Assembly: GCF_009914755.1 (NCBI RefSeq)
Contig: NC_060935.1
From: the human T2T-CHM13v2.0 reference genome, Homo sapiens
Strand: one strand, 5' to 3'
DNA length: 64,000 nucleotides
In this document: one piece after another, positions 30,503-42,618 of the stretch
Numbering within the stretch: the first letter of the stretch is position 1
How the letters are laid out: each line of letters begins with the position of its first letter
The notes under the pieces: model-generated
Databases searched by the model: none
Seen by the model: the letters and a program-made list of their open reading frames with translations, nothing else
Told to the model about the DNA's origin: nothing
Translations under genes and position numbers: made by a program

Positions 30503-31231
30503 TGACAGGTGAAGCCAGCTGAGCTTCTGGGTCAGGTGGGGACTTGGAGAACCTTCGTGTCTAGCTAAAGGATTGTAAATGCACCAATCAGCACTCTGTA
30601 AAATAGCACCAATCAGCACTCTGTGTCTAGCTAAATGATTGTAAACGTACCAATCAGCACTCTGTAAAATGGAATAAGTCAGCACTCTGTAAAATGGGAC
30701 AATCAGCACTCTGTAAAATGGACGAATCAGTGCTCTGTAAAGTGGACCAATCAGCAGGATGTGGGCGGGGCCAAATAAGGGAATAAAAGCTGGCCACCCG
30801 CGCCAGCAGTGGCAACCTGCTCGGGTCCCCTTCCAGGCTGTGGAAGCTTTGTTCTTTCGCTCTTCACAATAAATCTTGCTGCTGCTCACTCTTTGGGTCC
30901 ACACTACCTTTATGAGCTGTAACACTCACTGCAAGGGTCTGTGGCTTCATTCCTGAAGTTAGCAAGACCACGAACCCACCGGGAGGAACAAACAACTCCA
31001 GACGCGCCACCTTTAAGAGCTGTAACACTCACTGCAAAGGGCCGCGGCTTCATTCCTGAAGTCACCGAGACCACAAACCCACCAGAAGGAAGAAACTCCA
31101 GGCACCTCTGAAGGAACAAACTCTGGACACACCATCTTTAAGAGCTGTAACACTCACCGCAAAGGTCTGTGGCTTCATTTTTGAAGTCAGCGAGACCAAG
31201 AACCCACCAGAAGGAATAAACTCTAGTCACA
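30503..31231 (+). mobile_element. LTR12-family (HERV9/ERV9) LTR
   Basis: tgacaggtgaagccagctg start, tandem accaatcagcactctgt repeats, U5 repeats gctgtaacactcactgc, CA end. Confidence 0.95.
30580..30790 (+). promoter_or_regulatory. ERV9 U3 enhancer/promoter motifs (CCAAT array, GC box, AATAAA TATA-like box)
   Basis: Four intact CCAATCAGC copies, gggcgggg at ~30763, aataaaa at ~30782. This is the established NF-Y/Sp1 layout of LTR12; activity of this copy is unknown. Confidence 0.7.
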
Positions 31232-31300
31232 TTTTGGCAACCCAGATGGGACACATTTTGGCGACCATGAAGGGACACATTTTGGCGACCACGAAGGGAC
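31228..31300 (+). repeat. Three tandem 24-bp units, each with an 18-nt tRNA-Arg primer-binding site
   Basis: cacattt-tggcaacccagatggga / cacattt-tggcgaccatgaaggga / cacattt-tggcgaccacgaaggga. Confidence 0.9.
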
Positions 31301-31955
31301 TATCCCCTATCACCAAGCGATGAGTACCATCAGACCCTTTTCGCTTGCCATTCTGTCCTATTTTTCCTTAGAATTTGGGGGTTAAATACCAGACACCTGT
31401 CGACCAGTTAAAAGAGATTAGCGTGGCCACTGGACTAAAGACACGGGTGTCAGGCTATCTGGGAAAGGGCTCTCTAACAACCCCTGATTTGGTTTGCCTG
31501 GAACTATCTTCCGCTTTTCCTGTACTTCTGGGCTGAGCCAAGGGTCGACAAAGAAGAAAGCCATTCAACTCCGGGGTCCCAACAACAAGTTGATTGACCC
31601 TGCGGCCATGAGCAGAACTCTAAAAGTCATGTGGCCCAAACAAGACTCACCCATCTATCCTATCTATTCTGAGCCTTGCCTCCTGGGTCCTAACGCCTGT
31701 CAGACAAACTTCCTCTTGCCTCTCTTCTCTCATCTCCCAGGGTAGTTCCACTTCTAAAAACCACTTCCTGTCTCTGGTGCTTTTTTAGTTTCTCCTATAA
31801 GAATGATTTCTAGTATAAACCTCAAGACTCTATTCCCTTCTTTAGGCACCCGGGCTCACCAATCAGAAAGACATAATTTTTGCCCAAAGCCCCGTCAGGC
31901 AGGGGACTATCTGGAATTTTAGGATCTCTCCTCAGACTAGCAGGCCTAACAAAAG
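31301..31955 (+). mobile_element. HERV9 internal leader region, truncated at or before the start of gag
   Basis: Follows the PBS; ggactaaagacacgggtgtcaggct...gactagcaggcctaacaaaag. Confidence 0.85.
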
Positions 31956-32004
31956 TTCTCCAAGTCCCCACCCGACTCAGAAGCTCAGTTGGCTTCACCT
32001 CTCA
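31951..32004 (-). repeat. Inverted copy of the LTR12 U3 terminus
   Basis: Reverse complement matches 30503-30552 at 46 of 50 positions. Confidence 0.95.
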
Positions 32005-33828
32005 GTACCATGCCTGGGACATAGCAGGCACCCTGTAAATATATATTGAATTAATAAAGGAGGGAAGATAGATGTATACACAGATTTGAATGAGCAAAAT
32101 GAATAATGGTGATGAGCTATAGAAGACTCAGGCTGTTTAACAAAGGTTGCAATGAAAAACTAGCTATGGGCAACAGAACAGTTCTGAGGACAAGAAATTT
32201 AAGATTTTCCTCTTTTCCATTGTTTTTTCTTCAGACAATTGTAAAGAGAAGATTTTCCTGTATCCTACAAAAAGCTGTATTTCTGTTGCCAAGGGCTCTC
32301 CTCAGCCACAGGCTTACCAGATGTCTGGTCATGATGACTGAAGACACTTTTAGTTTATTCTGTATACATAGTATGAGGCTCCAGAAGGCCAAGAAAGTCC
32401 CTAGACCTGGGATTTTGGAGGAGGAAAGTGGTGATTTTCTCTTTGCTCTAAAATTATGTGAGTTGTCCTTACTCTGCATGCAATATTTTGCCCTCTTTAG
32501 GGGTAGAGTAGAATTAGTTGCATCATTTGTTTGACTTAATATGTTATGTTTGGGCAACATACATGAAAGGAAAGCCATTCTTTAAAAATAAGCTCTCAGA
32601 ATAAGTACTCTAATCAATGGATAGGAAATCAATGAATAGCTTCAAACAACACTATAAATCATAAGATAAGGACTGAAGAGAGTATGTGCTGGAGTTTTAC
32701 TTTTATCATCTCATTCAATCACAGAGATGACTCAAAGAGGCTAAGACATTTCCTAAATTAAGTAAGCAGTGGAGATAGGATTTTAACCCGGTACTGAGTG
32801 ACTTCAAAGTCCATGCTCTTTCCAGTGTACTTCATATAGTGCAACGAAGAATAAAACCTAAGTACCTTGATTCTACAGTTTGGTGACAGAGAGGATTGTA
32901 TTCCCTTCCACAGCCCAGTTTCTTTCCAGATTCTGCGCACTGTCCAAATGCACAGGGACTGGATTAGATGAGATTCTTTTTTTGGTTTTGTATAGATCTT
33001 CCTATAGACCTCAAGCTTTCAGAGAGTCATAAAACGGCCATTCCGTGTGTACTCTAGAAAACTGCTTTTGGACAAAGATTTTAGATATTAAGTTTTAGCC
33101 CAGAATGCATTTTTGCATCAAAGTTATAAACAGAGTACAACTTTTTAATGTAAATGCCAATACAACTTAAAGAAAAATGGTATATGACCAAATCCATTGC
33201 AGAAACAAACTGACTCTTTCAACAAAGTATTAGCATCTTTAAAGAGAGGATATATTTAAATGTGATTACATTATGCAAAAATTTTGCTTCTACAAAATGT
33301 AAATTGAAATAGCCTTCAAGATCAATTATCATGTTTATTTTTTTTTACCATAGGTTGATAGGTTTAGCCAATCCAGACGTGAATGCCATTAATTATTTTA
33401 ATTAGGTGTTTGTTCTGAGTTGGATGAAAATATATGGACCAGCCAATGAAATATTCAAATGTTTGTACATATTTTCCCTCACTGCTATCCCTTCTCCACC
33501 TGCTCCAGTCATGCTCAGGTTTGGGGTTTTGATTAGATGCTTCTTGTTGCTGAAGCAAGGGAGTCAGTACATTAATCTAGGCTTATAATTTTATAAGGCA
33601 GGCAAAGGACTATGCTGCCTGCTGCCAAACAGGACCTCCTTGAGGAGCTACAGCAACTAATGTTCCATTCTTGTGTCAAGTGCTGTTAAAAGTTTTCTTC
33701 GGGCCAAAGTTTGTCCAAACATTTTGTACAAATCTGCAGAGCTCCTGCGTAGCTGGAGGCTGCTTCATGAAGTTTGGCACTGAGTCCTGCTTTGTATTGG
33801 TAGTAGGAAGCTGGCTGTAGCTACAGAC

Positions 33829-33884
33829 ATGGCCTTGTGGAACAGCTTTCGCTGCGTGGACTACCTGAGGCTAGATCTAATGAG
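33829..33884 (+). other. Candidate first coding exon segment (MALWNSFRCVDYLRLDLM, phase 2), gene unassigned
   Basis: Strong Kozak gacATGG, consensus donor GAG|GTGAGT, repeat-free context with several retained CpGs. Confidence 0.35.
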
Positions 33885-34879
33885 GTGAGTCTGAGCATAG
33901 TATGAGCACAATCAGAAAAGCAGAACAAAAAGTCAGAACAGTAAGCAGATGCAAGCAAGTCATTGACAAGAAAGCCTCCATGTCTCTTTTATATACTTCA
34001 GGCACATTAACAACATCTCTTTGTTATTTCCTTGAATTTCTAGCTTTGATATAGATAATTTATAAGTACAAAAAACATAAAGAATAAACATTTTAAAAAG
34101 TCTGTAATAATTATTACTAAGAGTATACTCCTGTTCATATGTTGTATGGCCTTCTATTTTAACATTAAATTGTGTGAAGTACCCATCTCCTGAATGTTGT
34201 AGGAAAAGCTTTCTTAAAGAGACATAAGCAGTATGAAGTTTTCAAGTGGGATTATTCGCTTGGAAGAGCTGTCATTAATGTCCCCATATCTGTAGCTGGT
34301 CTATAAATAGCCACCAATACCCAAATTAAGAGCACTTGATGATGTCCGTGTTTGTTCCGCAGTGGTCTAACAATACCAGATAAAAGAGAACATGATAGAT
34401 AGGGAGAGATGCCCAGGAGAGTTCACAAGACATTCACCTACTTTGTATCTAGAAAAAAATCATTATAATTGCACTGGACCTGGCACTCCATAACCAAACC
34501 AATCACTTGCGCTTCTAAAGGCTCCTTCATCACCAAAGGCTAGAACATATTTTCCAAAAATACTTTTCAGGAACTCAAGTAGCCAAAACCAAACGTACCA
34601 ATGGTTCTGAGTTAGGAAATACCTTTCAAAGATATAGAAATTGTAAAAGAAATCACCATCAGAAAAAAATTAAATTCTATGCTCTTATTAAGTAAATTAA
34701 CTCATATAAACATCTAAACTTCATACATTTCAGTTATATCTTACACTATCTGAGGTAAGTGGAAGTAAGTCAAGCTGTGAGAGAGTTCATTGCTCAAGTG
34801 CCTTTGAGAGGCAACATAGATTTTAAATGCAACCACCTTCAGAGTTCTCTAGTGCTGATAATAATAATATAATAATAAC

Positions 34880-35110
34880 AATAAAATTAACATGAATTGA
34901 GCACCTACTATGCAACAGGAACTGATTTAGGCATATTTATATGTTGTCTCTAATTCTGAAAATAATCTTTCAATGTAGGTAATTATTTTTATTTCATAAA
35001 TGAGGAAAGTAAGGCAAAGAGATATTGAAAGGTCATATGGCTGGTGAGAAAAAGACGATTTTAACAAGGTCTGCTTGACTCCAAAACTCATGTCCTTACT
35101 TCAATGCAAT
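34880..35110 (-). mobile_element. MIR SINE
   Basis: attgagcacctactatgc...aaatgaggaaagtaaggcaaagag...tgactccaaaac. Confidence 0.75.
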
Positions 35111-36769
35111 ACGCCCTTAAGTGATGGCCGAAAAGATCAAAAGAACAAAGATTTATCTACACTGAAAAGCCCAAGTAATGCTAGTGCATGCCAATGCACT
35201 GTTAATAACCAGTAACAGTACACCACCCAAGGCAAATCTCCTTGCACATATTACCAGGGATCTCTGCTTTGCCATCAGTCTCTCCTTCCTTCAACACCAC
35301 CCCACCATCTCTACCACAAACTCAAGCCAATGCCTCAGTTACTTAGGTTAGAGAAGAGAAAAATCTGCTACTCTGAGAGTTTATATAAACTGAAACATGC
35401 CAGCTACCTGGTCATCTAAGAACTGTCAAAGAAAGAGAGGCTCATAAACGTGAATCATCCTGAGAATTAAGGTTATTGGAGCATTATATAGTTTTGTATT
35501 TTGAATGATTTTTAAATTTGCAAATGTTTTTGGTAGCTACAGTTAAAAGACACAAAGGTAATTCTGATGTCTTCTCCAAAACAGCTTTAGAAATAATTTT
35601 AGTTTTTTATGTGTTGACTCATGACCAACATTTATGAATGTCAGTCAAGATATAAGGTTGTAATATTCCAGTGCCCCAGAACCAAATTATATCATAAAGC
35701 GTAAGAGCTTGTTATTGCTTTTAACACTTCTTTCTTTCCAAGCTGTCAGATGCCATTTCTCTTGACTGCCAATATAGCAGGCTTCAGCAATGTCCTCTCT
35801 TGAATTTCCATACACCTGCTCTCATTACCTGGATTTTCTAATTGGTTAGGTAATAAAATGCCATGATTATACGAGATATATCTGAAAAGTCTCTACAAGG
35901 CATTATGGGTCTCTCATGTTCAAACATGTATGCCTAAGAAATATTAAGAAGACAATACAGTAAAATCATAGAATAAGTTATCAGTAAATTAGTTGTGAGC
36001 ACTGAAATACTGATTTAGTACACTTCAATGCCATTTTTAGTATTTCTCAGTTTATGCTATATAATTAAGGTTTGTGGGTATTAAATAAGTAAAATATTGA
36101 GTACAGCCCAAACTCCTGTAAGTTGATGTTAGAGAGAATAAGTACTCTATTCTTCCAGGTACTTTTTTTGACACAGAAACAGAAGTACTGAATTGGAAAA
36201 ACTATGATTCCATCCCATTATGGTATTTTGTACTCCTAATAGCTTACAAATTATTGAATCACCATATTCTATTAGTAGCTTTGTACAAACCTGTGAAAAA
36301 ATAATGCTGTAGCACACAGCTCTGTCACGAAACCATCTCTGGGAGAACATTTCGTATTCAATTACTGCAACAAAGGATGAAACCAAGAAGCAGAAAGATA
36401 GAGCTTAGCAACCCCTTAAAGAAAGCCCATTATTAAAATTCCTTCAGTTCTGAATGGTAGGTCATGCTGAATTTCTAAATAGTCAGTCTTGTAACCCTCT
36501 TTATACAGTGGCTATATACATGGTCTTCTCCAAATAAATAAGATGAGATTAGCAGTTCCAACAGTACTGTGAAGAAAGACCTTCAAATGTGCTTTTGTGG
36601 CTGCCAAGATGGTGGTTCAACACTCCAATACTGTCAAACTGCAATGCATAGAATCCATGTGGCATCTTCCACGATACAAAGCATAGCTAATTAAAAAAAA
36701 GCCTCTTCTAAATTCATCATTTTTACAGCTAACTCAGGAGCATCAATTTGCCTATAGAGATAGTAAACA

Positions 36770-36960
36770 ATATCAGAAACAGAGCCAAATTGGGAATCCA
36801 AAGGAGTCATTCTGGCTCCCCTACGTGCTGATGATATGTTGCCAAAATAAGTTATTTTACTTCTCTGAGTTTCAGTTTCCTCATCTGTCAAACAAGGTAA
36901 GAATATGTTCCCTATTCAACCCAGAGTAAATATAAAGTCTGTGAAAGTATTTTAAACACT
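36770..36960 (+). mobile_element. MIR SINE fragment
   Basis: ctctgagtttcagtttcctcatctgtcaaac. Confidence 0.65.
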
Positions 36961-37164
36961 TGCAAGAAATAAGCAACTCAGAATCTTTAATGGTGCTATG
37001 TCATAGAAAAATAGCCCAGAGAAAGTCAGGCATGGATTATGAGTAGGTAGATTATGCTCTCAGGAATCCTAGAAAAGGGCTTCTTAATATTCTCAATAGA
37101 AAGCCAATACATTATTTTAGCAAATGAAAGTTTTAAGTATTAAAAACAAACATCAAAAGAAACA

Positions 37165-39330
37165 AACAAAAATTCCCCTTTCATAATAAAAACAACCAAC
37201 ATTAGTAATTAAGGGAACTTCCTCAGCTTGATAAAGGACATCTACAAAAATTGCACAGTTAACATCATGTTCAGTGATGAAAGACTGAATACTTTCCATC
37301 TAAAGTCAAGGAGGTCTGCTGGTACTAATTCTATTTAACATTGTACTGAAGATTCTAGCCACATCAATTGGGCAAGAAAATTAAATAAAAGGCATCCAGA
37401 TTAAAAAGGAAGAAGTAAAACTTTCTCTATTTGCACATCACATAGTCTCGTACAGTATCTAGAAAATCCTATAAAATTTTCTAAAAAGCTATTAGAACTA
37501 GTAAGTTTGGTAAGGTTGCTGATACAAGATTAACAAATGCTGATTTTACTTCTATACACTAGAATGACCAATGTAAAAGTGGAATTAAGAAAACAACTTT
37601 GTTTACAATAGCATTGAAAAGAATAAAATATTTTGGAATAAATTTAGCAAAAGAAGGGCAAAACTTGTATTCCAAAAACTATAAAACATTGTAGAAAAAT
37701 TTAAAGAAGACTCTAATAAATGGAAGGACATTCATGGATCAGAAGATATAATACTGATAAACAGCAATATTCCTCAAATTGATGTACAGAGTCAATGAAA
37801 TCTCTATGAAAATCCCAGCAGGCTTCTGTAGAAATTCATAAGCTAATCCTAAAATGCATGCAAAAATGCAATGGACCCAGAATAGCCAAAACAATCTTGG
37901 AAAAGAACAGAGTTGGCGTCTCACACTACCAAATTTCAAACTTACTACAAAGCTACCATAATCAAGACAGTGTGGCACTGGCAAAAGGATACACATAAAG
38001 ATTATTGAAACAGAGTTGAAAGTCCATAAATGGACACTTATACTTACAGTCAGTTGATTTTCAACAGAAGGGAAGGGACAACTCGATGGAGGAAAGAATA
38101 GATTTTTCAACAAATGATGCTGCGACACTTGGATATCCATATATACTATATAGAAAGACTAACTCAAAACTGATGATAGACCTAAATGCAAGAGCTAAAA
38201 CTATAAAACTTTTAAAAGAAAATGTAGAAGGAAATCTTTGTGACCTTGGGTTATGCCAAGCCTTTTTAGATATAACATCAAAAATACAGGTGACCAAAAA
38301 AAGATAAATTAGACTTTATCAAAATGTAAACATTTTATGCTTCAAATGCCATTACCAAAAAGTAAAAAGATAACCCACAGAACAGGAGAAAATATCTGCA
38401 GATCACATATCTGATAAGGGACTAATATCCAGAACATGTAAAGAACTCTTACAACTCAATAATAAAAAGACAAAAGCATTAAAAATCGGTATAGGATCTT
38501 AATAGACATTTTAACAAGAAGATAAACGGTAATAAGTACATGAAAACACGGTCACATCACTAATCAATAGATAATTCAAAATCAAAACCAAAATGAGATA
38601 CTACCTCACACCTATTAGGATTGTTATAATACAAAAGATAGGTAATAACGAGTGTTTGTGAAACTGTAGAAAAATTAAAACTTTCATATATTGCTAGAAG
38701 GAATGTAAAATGGTGCAAATGTTATGGGAAACAGTTTGACAGGGACTCAAAAAGTTAAACATAGAGTTAGCATATGACCCAGAAATTTCATTCCTAGGCA
38801 TATACCCAAGAGAATTGAAAATACATGTCCACACAAAAACTTGCACAAAAATATTCATAGTAGCATTATTCATAACATCAAAAAGTGGAAACAATCCAAA
38901 TGTCTATCAACTGATGAATGGATAAACAAAATATGGTATACTCATACAATGAAATATTATTCAGCAAAATAATGAAGAAATAATGGATGGTACAACATGG
39001 ACGAACCTTGGAAACATCAGGCTAAGTGAAAAAAGCCGGTCACAAAGGCTGCATATTACATACTTCCGCTTATAGGAAATATCTAGAAAGGGCAAATCCA
39101 TAGAAACAGAAAGTAGATTAGTGGTTTGTAAGAGCTGGGAGGAGAATGGGAAATTACTGCTAATGGATGTAGAGTTTCTTTTAGGGTCATAAAAATGTCC
39201 CAGAAATGTCCCAAAATTGATTGGAGTGATAGTTGTACAACTCTGTGAAAGAACTAACATTCATTGAATTGTATACTTTAAATGGGTGAATTGTATGGTA
39301 TGTGAATTATATTCCAGAGATACTGTTAAA
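37165..39330 (+). mobile_element. L1MB (MB4/5-like) 3' half
   Basis: Degenerate ORF2 (DLNARAKTIKLLKENVEGNLCDLG) and 3' end aaatgggtgaattgtatggtatgtgaattat. Confidence 0.88.
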
Positions 39331-41199
39331 GGATTGAAAAACAAAAAAACTGATGGAAAACAACAATAAGAGCACAAACAAAAAATCCCAAACACTCATA
39401 GGAAGAATGTCATAAAGTTTTATATTCATTCTGTGTTCTATTAGATCTTTGGCTGAATGGCAAAAAAAAAAAAAAAAAAAAAAAAAAAACAGAGAGAGAA
39501 AGGAGAAAGAGGTGGGTGAATATTGAGGTCCACAAATCAGTCAAGTTGAATAAAGAGGAAATTCTAAGGAAAATATTAAAAATTACAGAAAGAGGAAGCT
39601 GGGGACACTGAGCATAAACTTTGATGACATCAATTTTACCGTGTGCCTATCCACTATTCCTCCACTTAGTTTCTCAGATCTTGCCAGCAACCTTAGGGCT
39701 TGCATCCTCCATTTCTTTGCTCAGGGCATGCTGAATACATGTCTATGTGTTTTCTGTTTTATTTCCTGTGTAGGTTTTATGTGTGCACACTGGGAATGCC
39801 CTTTCATCTTTCCCATGAACCAATGTCCCCCTCCATAAATACTGTGGGTTCCCTTTCTGGGCATATTTCAAAGATCAGTGTAACAAAATTATTTTATATG
39901 AGTATTACCATTCCCAGCAGAGTCTTTAAAACTAGATAGGAAACTGGTGTAAGTCTAAAATACTGTAAGGGCCAGAGCTTAGGGAAAAGAGCAACATATC
40001 TATTCTATCAATCTCATCTTCTCTATACTTTCATTGATTAAGAGCCCATGACTACAGCAAAAATGAAATTAGAGGCACTCTACAGAACTCACATTTCTTA
40101 AAGTAAATCATGCCTTTTCTGAGATAATTTCCCCTCTGGATTCTTTTCCAGTCCTGTGGCTACCACCCGTATGGCCAAATGTACTCTAATCCCACTGCCC
40201 ACCAATTTAAGGTCCTGTACGCTGCAATTTTCTGCAATTTTCCTAAAGCTATGATTATCTGATAATATCCTGGCTTCGATTTATAAGAGGACTGCTGATA
40301 GCATGAAAACCTTGCCCTAAAAAATAAAAATTGTATGTAGTCTTTCGAAAGACAACTCTTCAAAGCCATTCTGGGTCTAATTTCCCAGCAGCAGAATTAG
40401 TCCAGAGGGTGCTGCCTTCATAGAAGCTCTGGAAACACCCAGAGAGCAGACACAACACTATTTTATAACTGGGTTAGATGCTTCTGAGTGCCATGGTCTG
40501 TGTATTTATGTAGGGTGTATACCAAATTAGGTCACACAATGCATTCTGGGAAAAAAAGGGTTGGGAGGAACTACCAAAAAAAGAAAAAAAAAAAAACCTT
40601 TAGGACTATTGCAGAATAGCTTATGCACACTGTATTAACTGGTTTCAATTAGACTGAATGATCCTGAATGTGGGTAATGTGAGGCAGTCTGGGAGAGCAT
40701 GCTGGAACAATTAACACTTCAAAAGAACATCTCCTCTGGTTTCTGTGAGAAGTGTCTGTTTTTACTGATTCCCATAAAAGAGAGAAATTACTTTCATATT
40801 CTAGAGAGACATAGTAGGAAGATGTTAAAGTGTTTTTAAATGAAAAGGAAAACCTGGCCCCACTCCTTAAAAATGGCTGTATACAAACAGAAATGAAAAT
40901 GGCTGAGAATATCAATAGCGCTCATTAATATGACACTCCTATGTCATCGGTTCCTGCCAGTCATAGAACAAAAAGTTTCTTTTTCAAGAACTGCAAGATT
41001 CTGCTTTCAAAGTCTTAAAGAGTTGTATATTAACTCCTAGAACCTTTTTCCAGAAAAGGTTCTCCTACACAGGTCTAAATGAGTACCCCTGATTTACTAT
41101 TGGGTTATTGTCTGTTTTTTACGCTTTTTCTCACCAATTTATCCTGTCCCATGCACTCCCTTCTGGAATGACCTATCCTTTTCTTTCTTTCCTTCTAGC

Positions 41200-41440
41200 A
41201 CTTACTAAGCACTTAATTATGTGCCAGGTGCTATGTTAACACTTATTATGCATTATTTCATGTAAATCTCAAAATATCCTGTTGTGTACATAAACTCAGA
41301 TTAGGTAAATTGTCCAAGGTCATACAGCTTACTAGTAGAAGAGTAATACTTTACTCTTTCCACTTACTAGTGGAAGAGTTAATACTTTAACACAAATTTC
41401 ATTCAATTCTAAAGGGTGTACCCTTAACTATGACCAAATA
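41200..41440 (-). mobile_element. MIR SINE
   Basis: taagcacttaattatgtgccaggtgctatg...tccaaggtcatacagct. Confidence 0.7.
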
Positions 41441-42512
41441 TTGCATCTTTTGTCTTCCAAAATCCAACTTAAGGCAACTTCCCATTTGGAAAATGTATAG
41501 TGCTTTCTATAGACCATTATTAAATAATGTGTTGCCAAGTATAATTATGATTTATTTATACACATTGTTTTCTGCTATACATTGAGAAATCCAAGGGTCA
41601 GTTAAAATACGTGTTCAGTAACTACTTCTTGAATAAGTAAATGAGAGTTGACATATTCAGAATTCAGTGCTCTAATTTATAAATGTTTATGCTATTTGAG
41701 AATTTTTCACTTATCTGCTTATAGTATTATATAGTGATAGAAACCTATAGATATAGCAATGTCTATGATAAGTTCCATAATAGCAGTCAACTTAGCTTTA
41801 AGAAACTCCTTTCCCAGCATTAATTTCCAGTAACTAAGGGGTGTGCAAATATGCAACAAAACAAAAGAATTTTTGTAGCCAAATCATGTGTATTTATACT
41901 TTGCATGTCTAATTGATAAAACCACACATTATAGCCATTTCTGAGTATACCTAATAATTAAGAATTGAGGATATTCAGAACTGGGTTTGGGGATATTCCT
42001 CAAAATGATTAAATCCATGCATGGGCCATAGCCATACTGAGTGGTTCACAAATATGCTCTAAAATGCAGCAGCCACTCAAGCTTCTTACAGTTGGTCATA
42101 TCCAAAGTTCTTTAATTCCAAGCGCCAAATGCTAATTCTTAGCCTAGTTCACCCAGATTCAGAGAGCTATCATTCTTCAGCTGAGTCCTAGAAACTGTGG
42201 ACATTTTCTCAATTGTTTGCAGATGGCAGAAGCTCAGGTAGCTACTGTGTTCATATTCATGGTCATACAAACCAATGAGGCATATAATCAATTTAAATTT
42301 AAAATGTAAGGGTAAGGAAGGCTATCATTCTAGTGATTAATATAGCCGCACGATAGGAGAGAAACAAACTGCCACACTTTTCACTAGGGAAGATATTTCA
42401 TGTATTCAGAAAGTTTAATTATGTCCATGTTTCTAAATAATTAACGGGGAGTATAATTTCTTTTCTGCTCAAACCCCAATCTGTACATTATAGTTACTAC
42501 TGAAAGGACAAG

Positions 42513-42543
<31 letters not shown>

Positions 42544-42597
42544 GCCTCTCAGCCCCATTACTACATAGGTGCCGAGGGCCAAAAAACAAACAAATAA

Positions 42598-42618
42598 ACA
42601 CACACACACACACACACA
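42598..42618. repeat. (CA)n microsatellite
   Basis: About 10 CA units. Confidence 0.9.

Noticed and set aside
30580-31230. LTR12 tandem repeats as a CRISPR-like array
   Set aside because: These are the normal U3 and U5 repeats of ERV9 LTRs; there are no unique spacers and the context is eukaryotic.
32106-32578. Overlapping 142-aa and 115-aa ORFs
   Set aside because: No recognisable domain, no splice context, and composition typical of AT-rich non-coding DNA.
39462-39489. Orphan poly(A) run (another at 42517-42543) as a tail-only retro-insertion
   Set aside because: No TSD or element body is visible; slippage expansion explains it equally well.
40400-40416. CTCF-like ccagagggtgctg (similar on the minus strand at ~11186-11198)
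   Set aside because: Partial match only; cannot be separated from chance without ChIP data.
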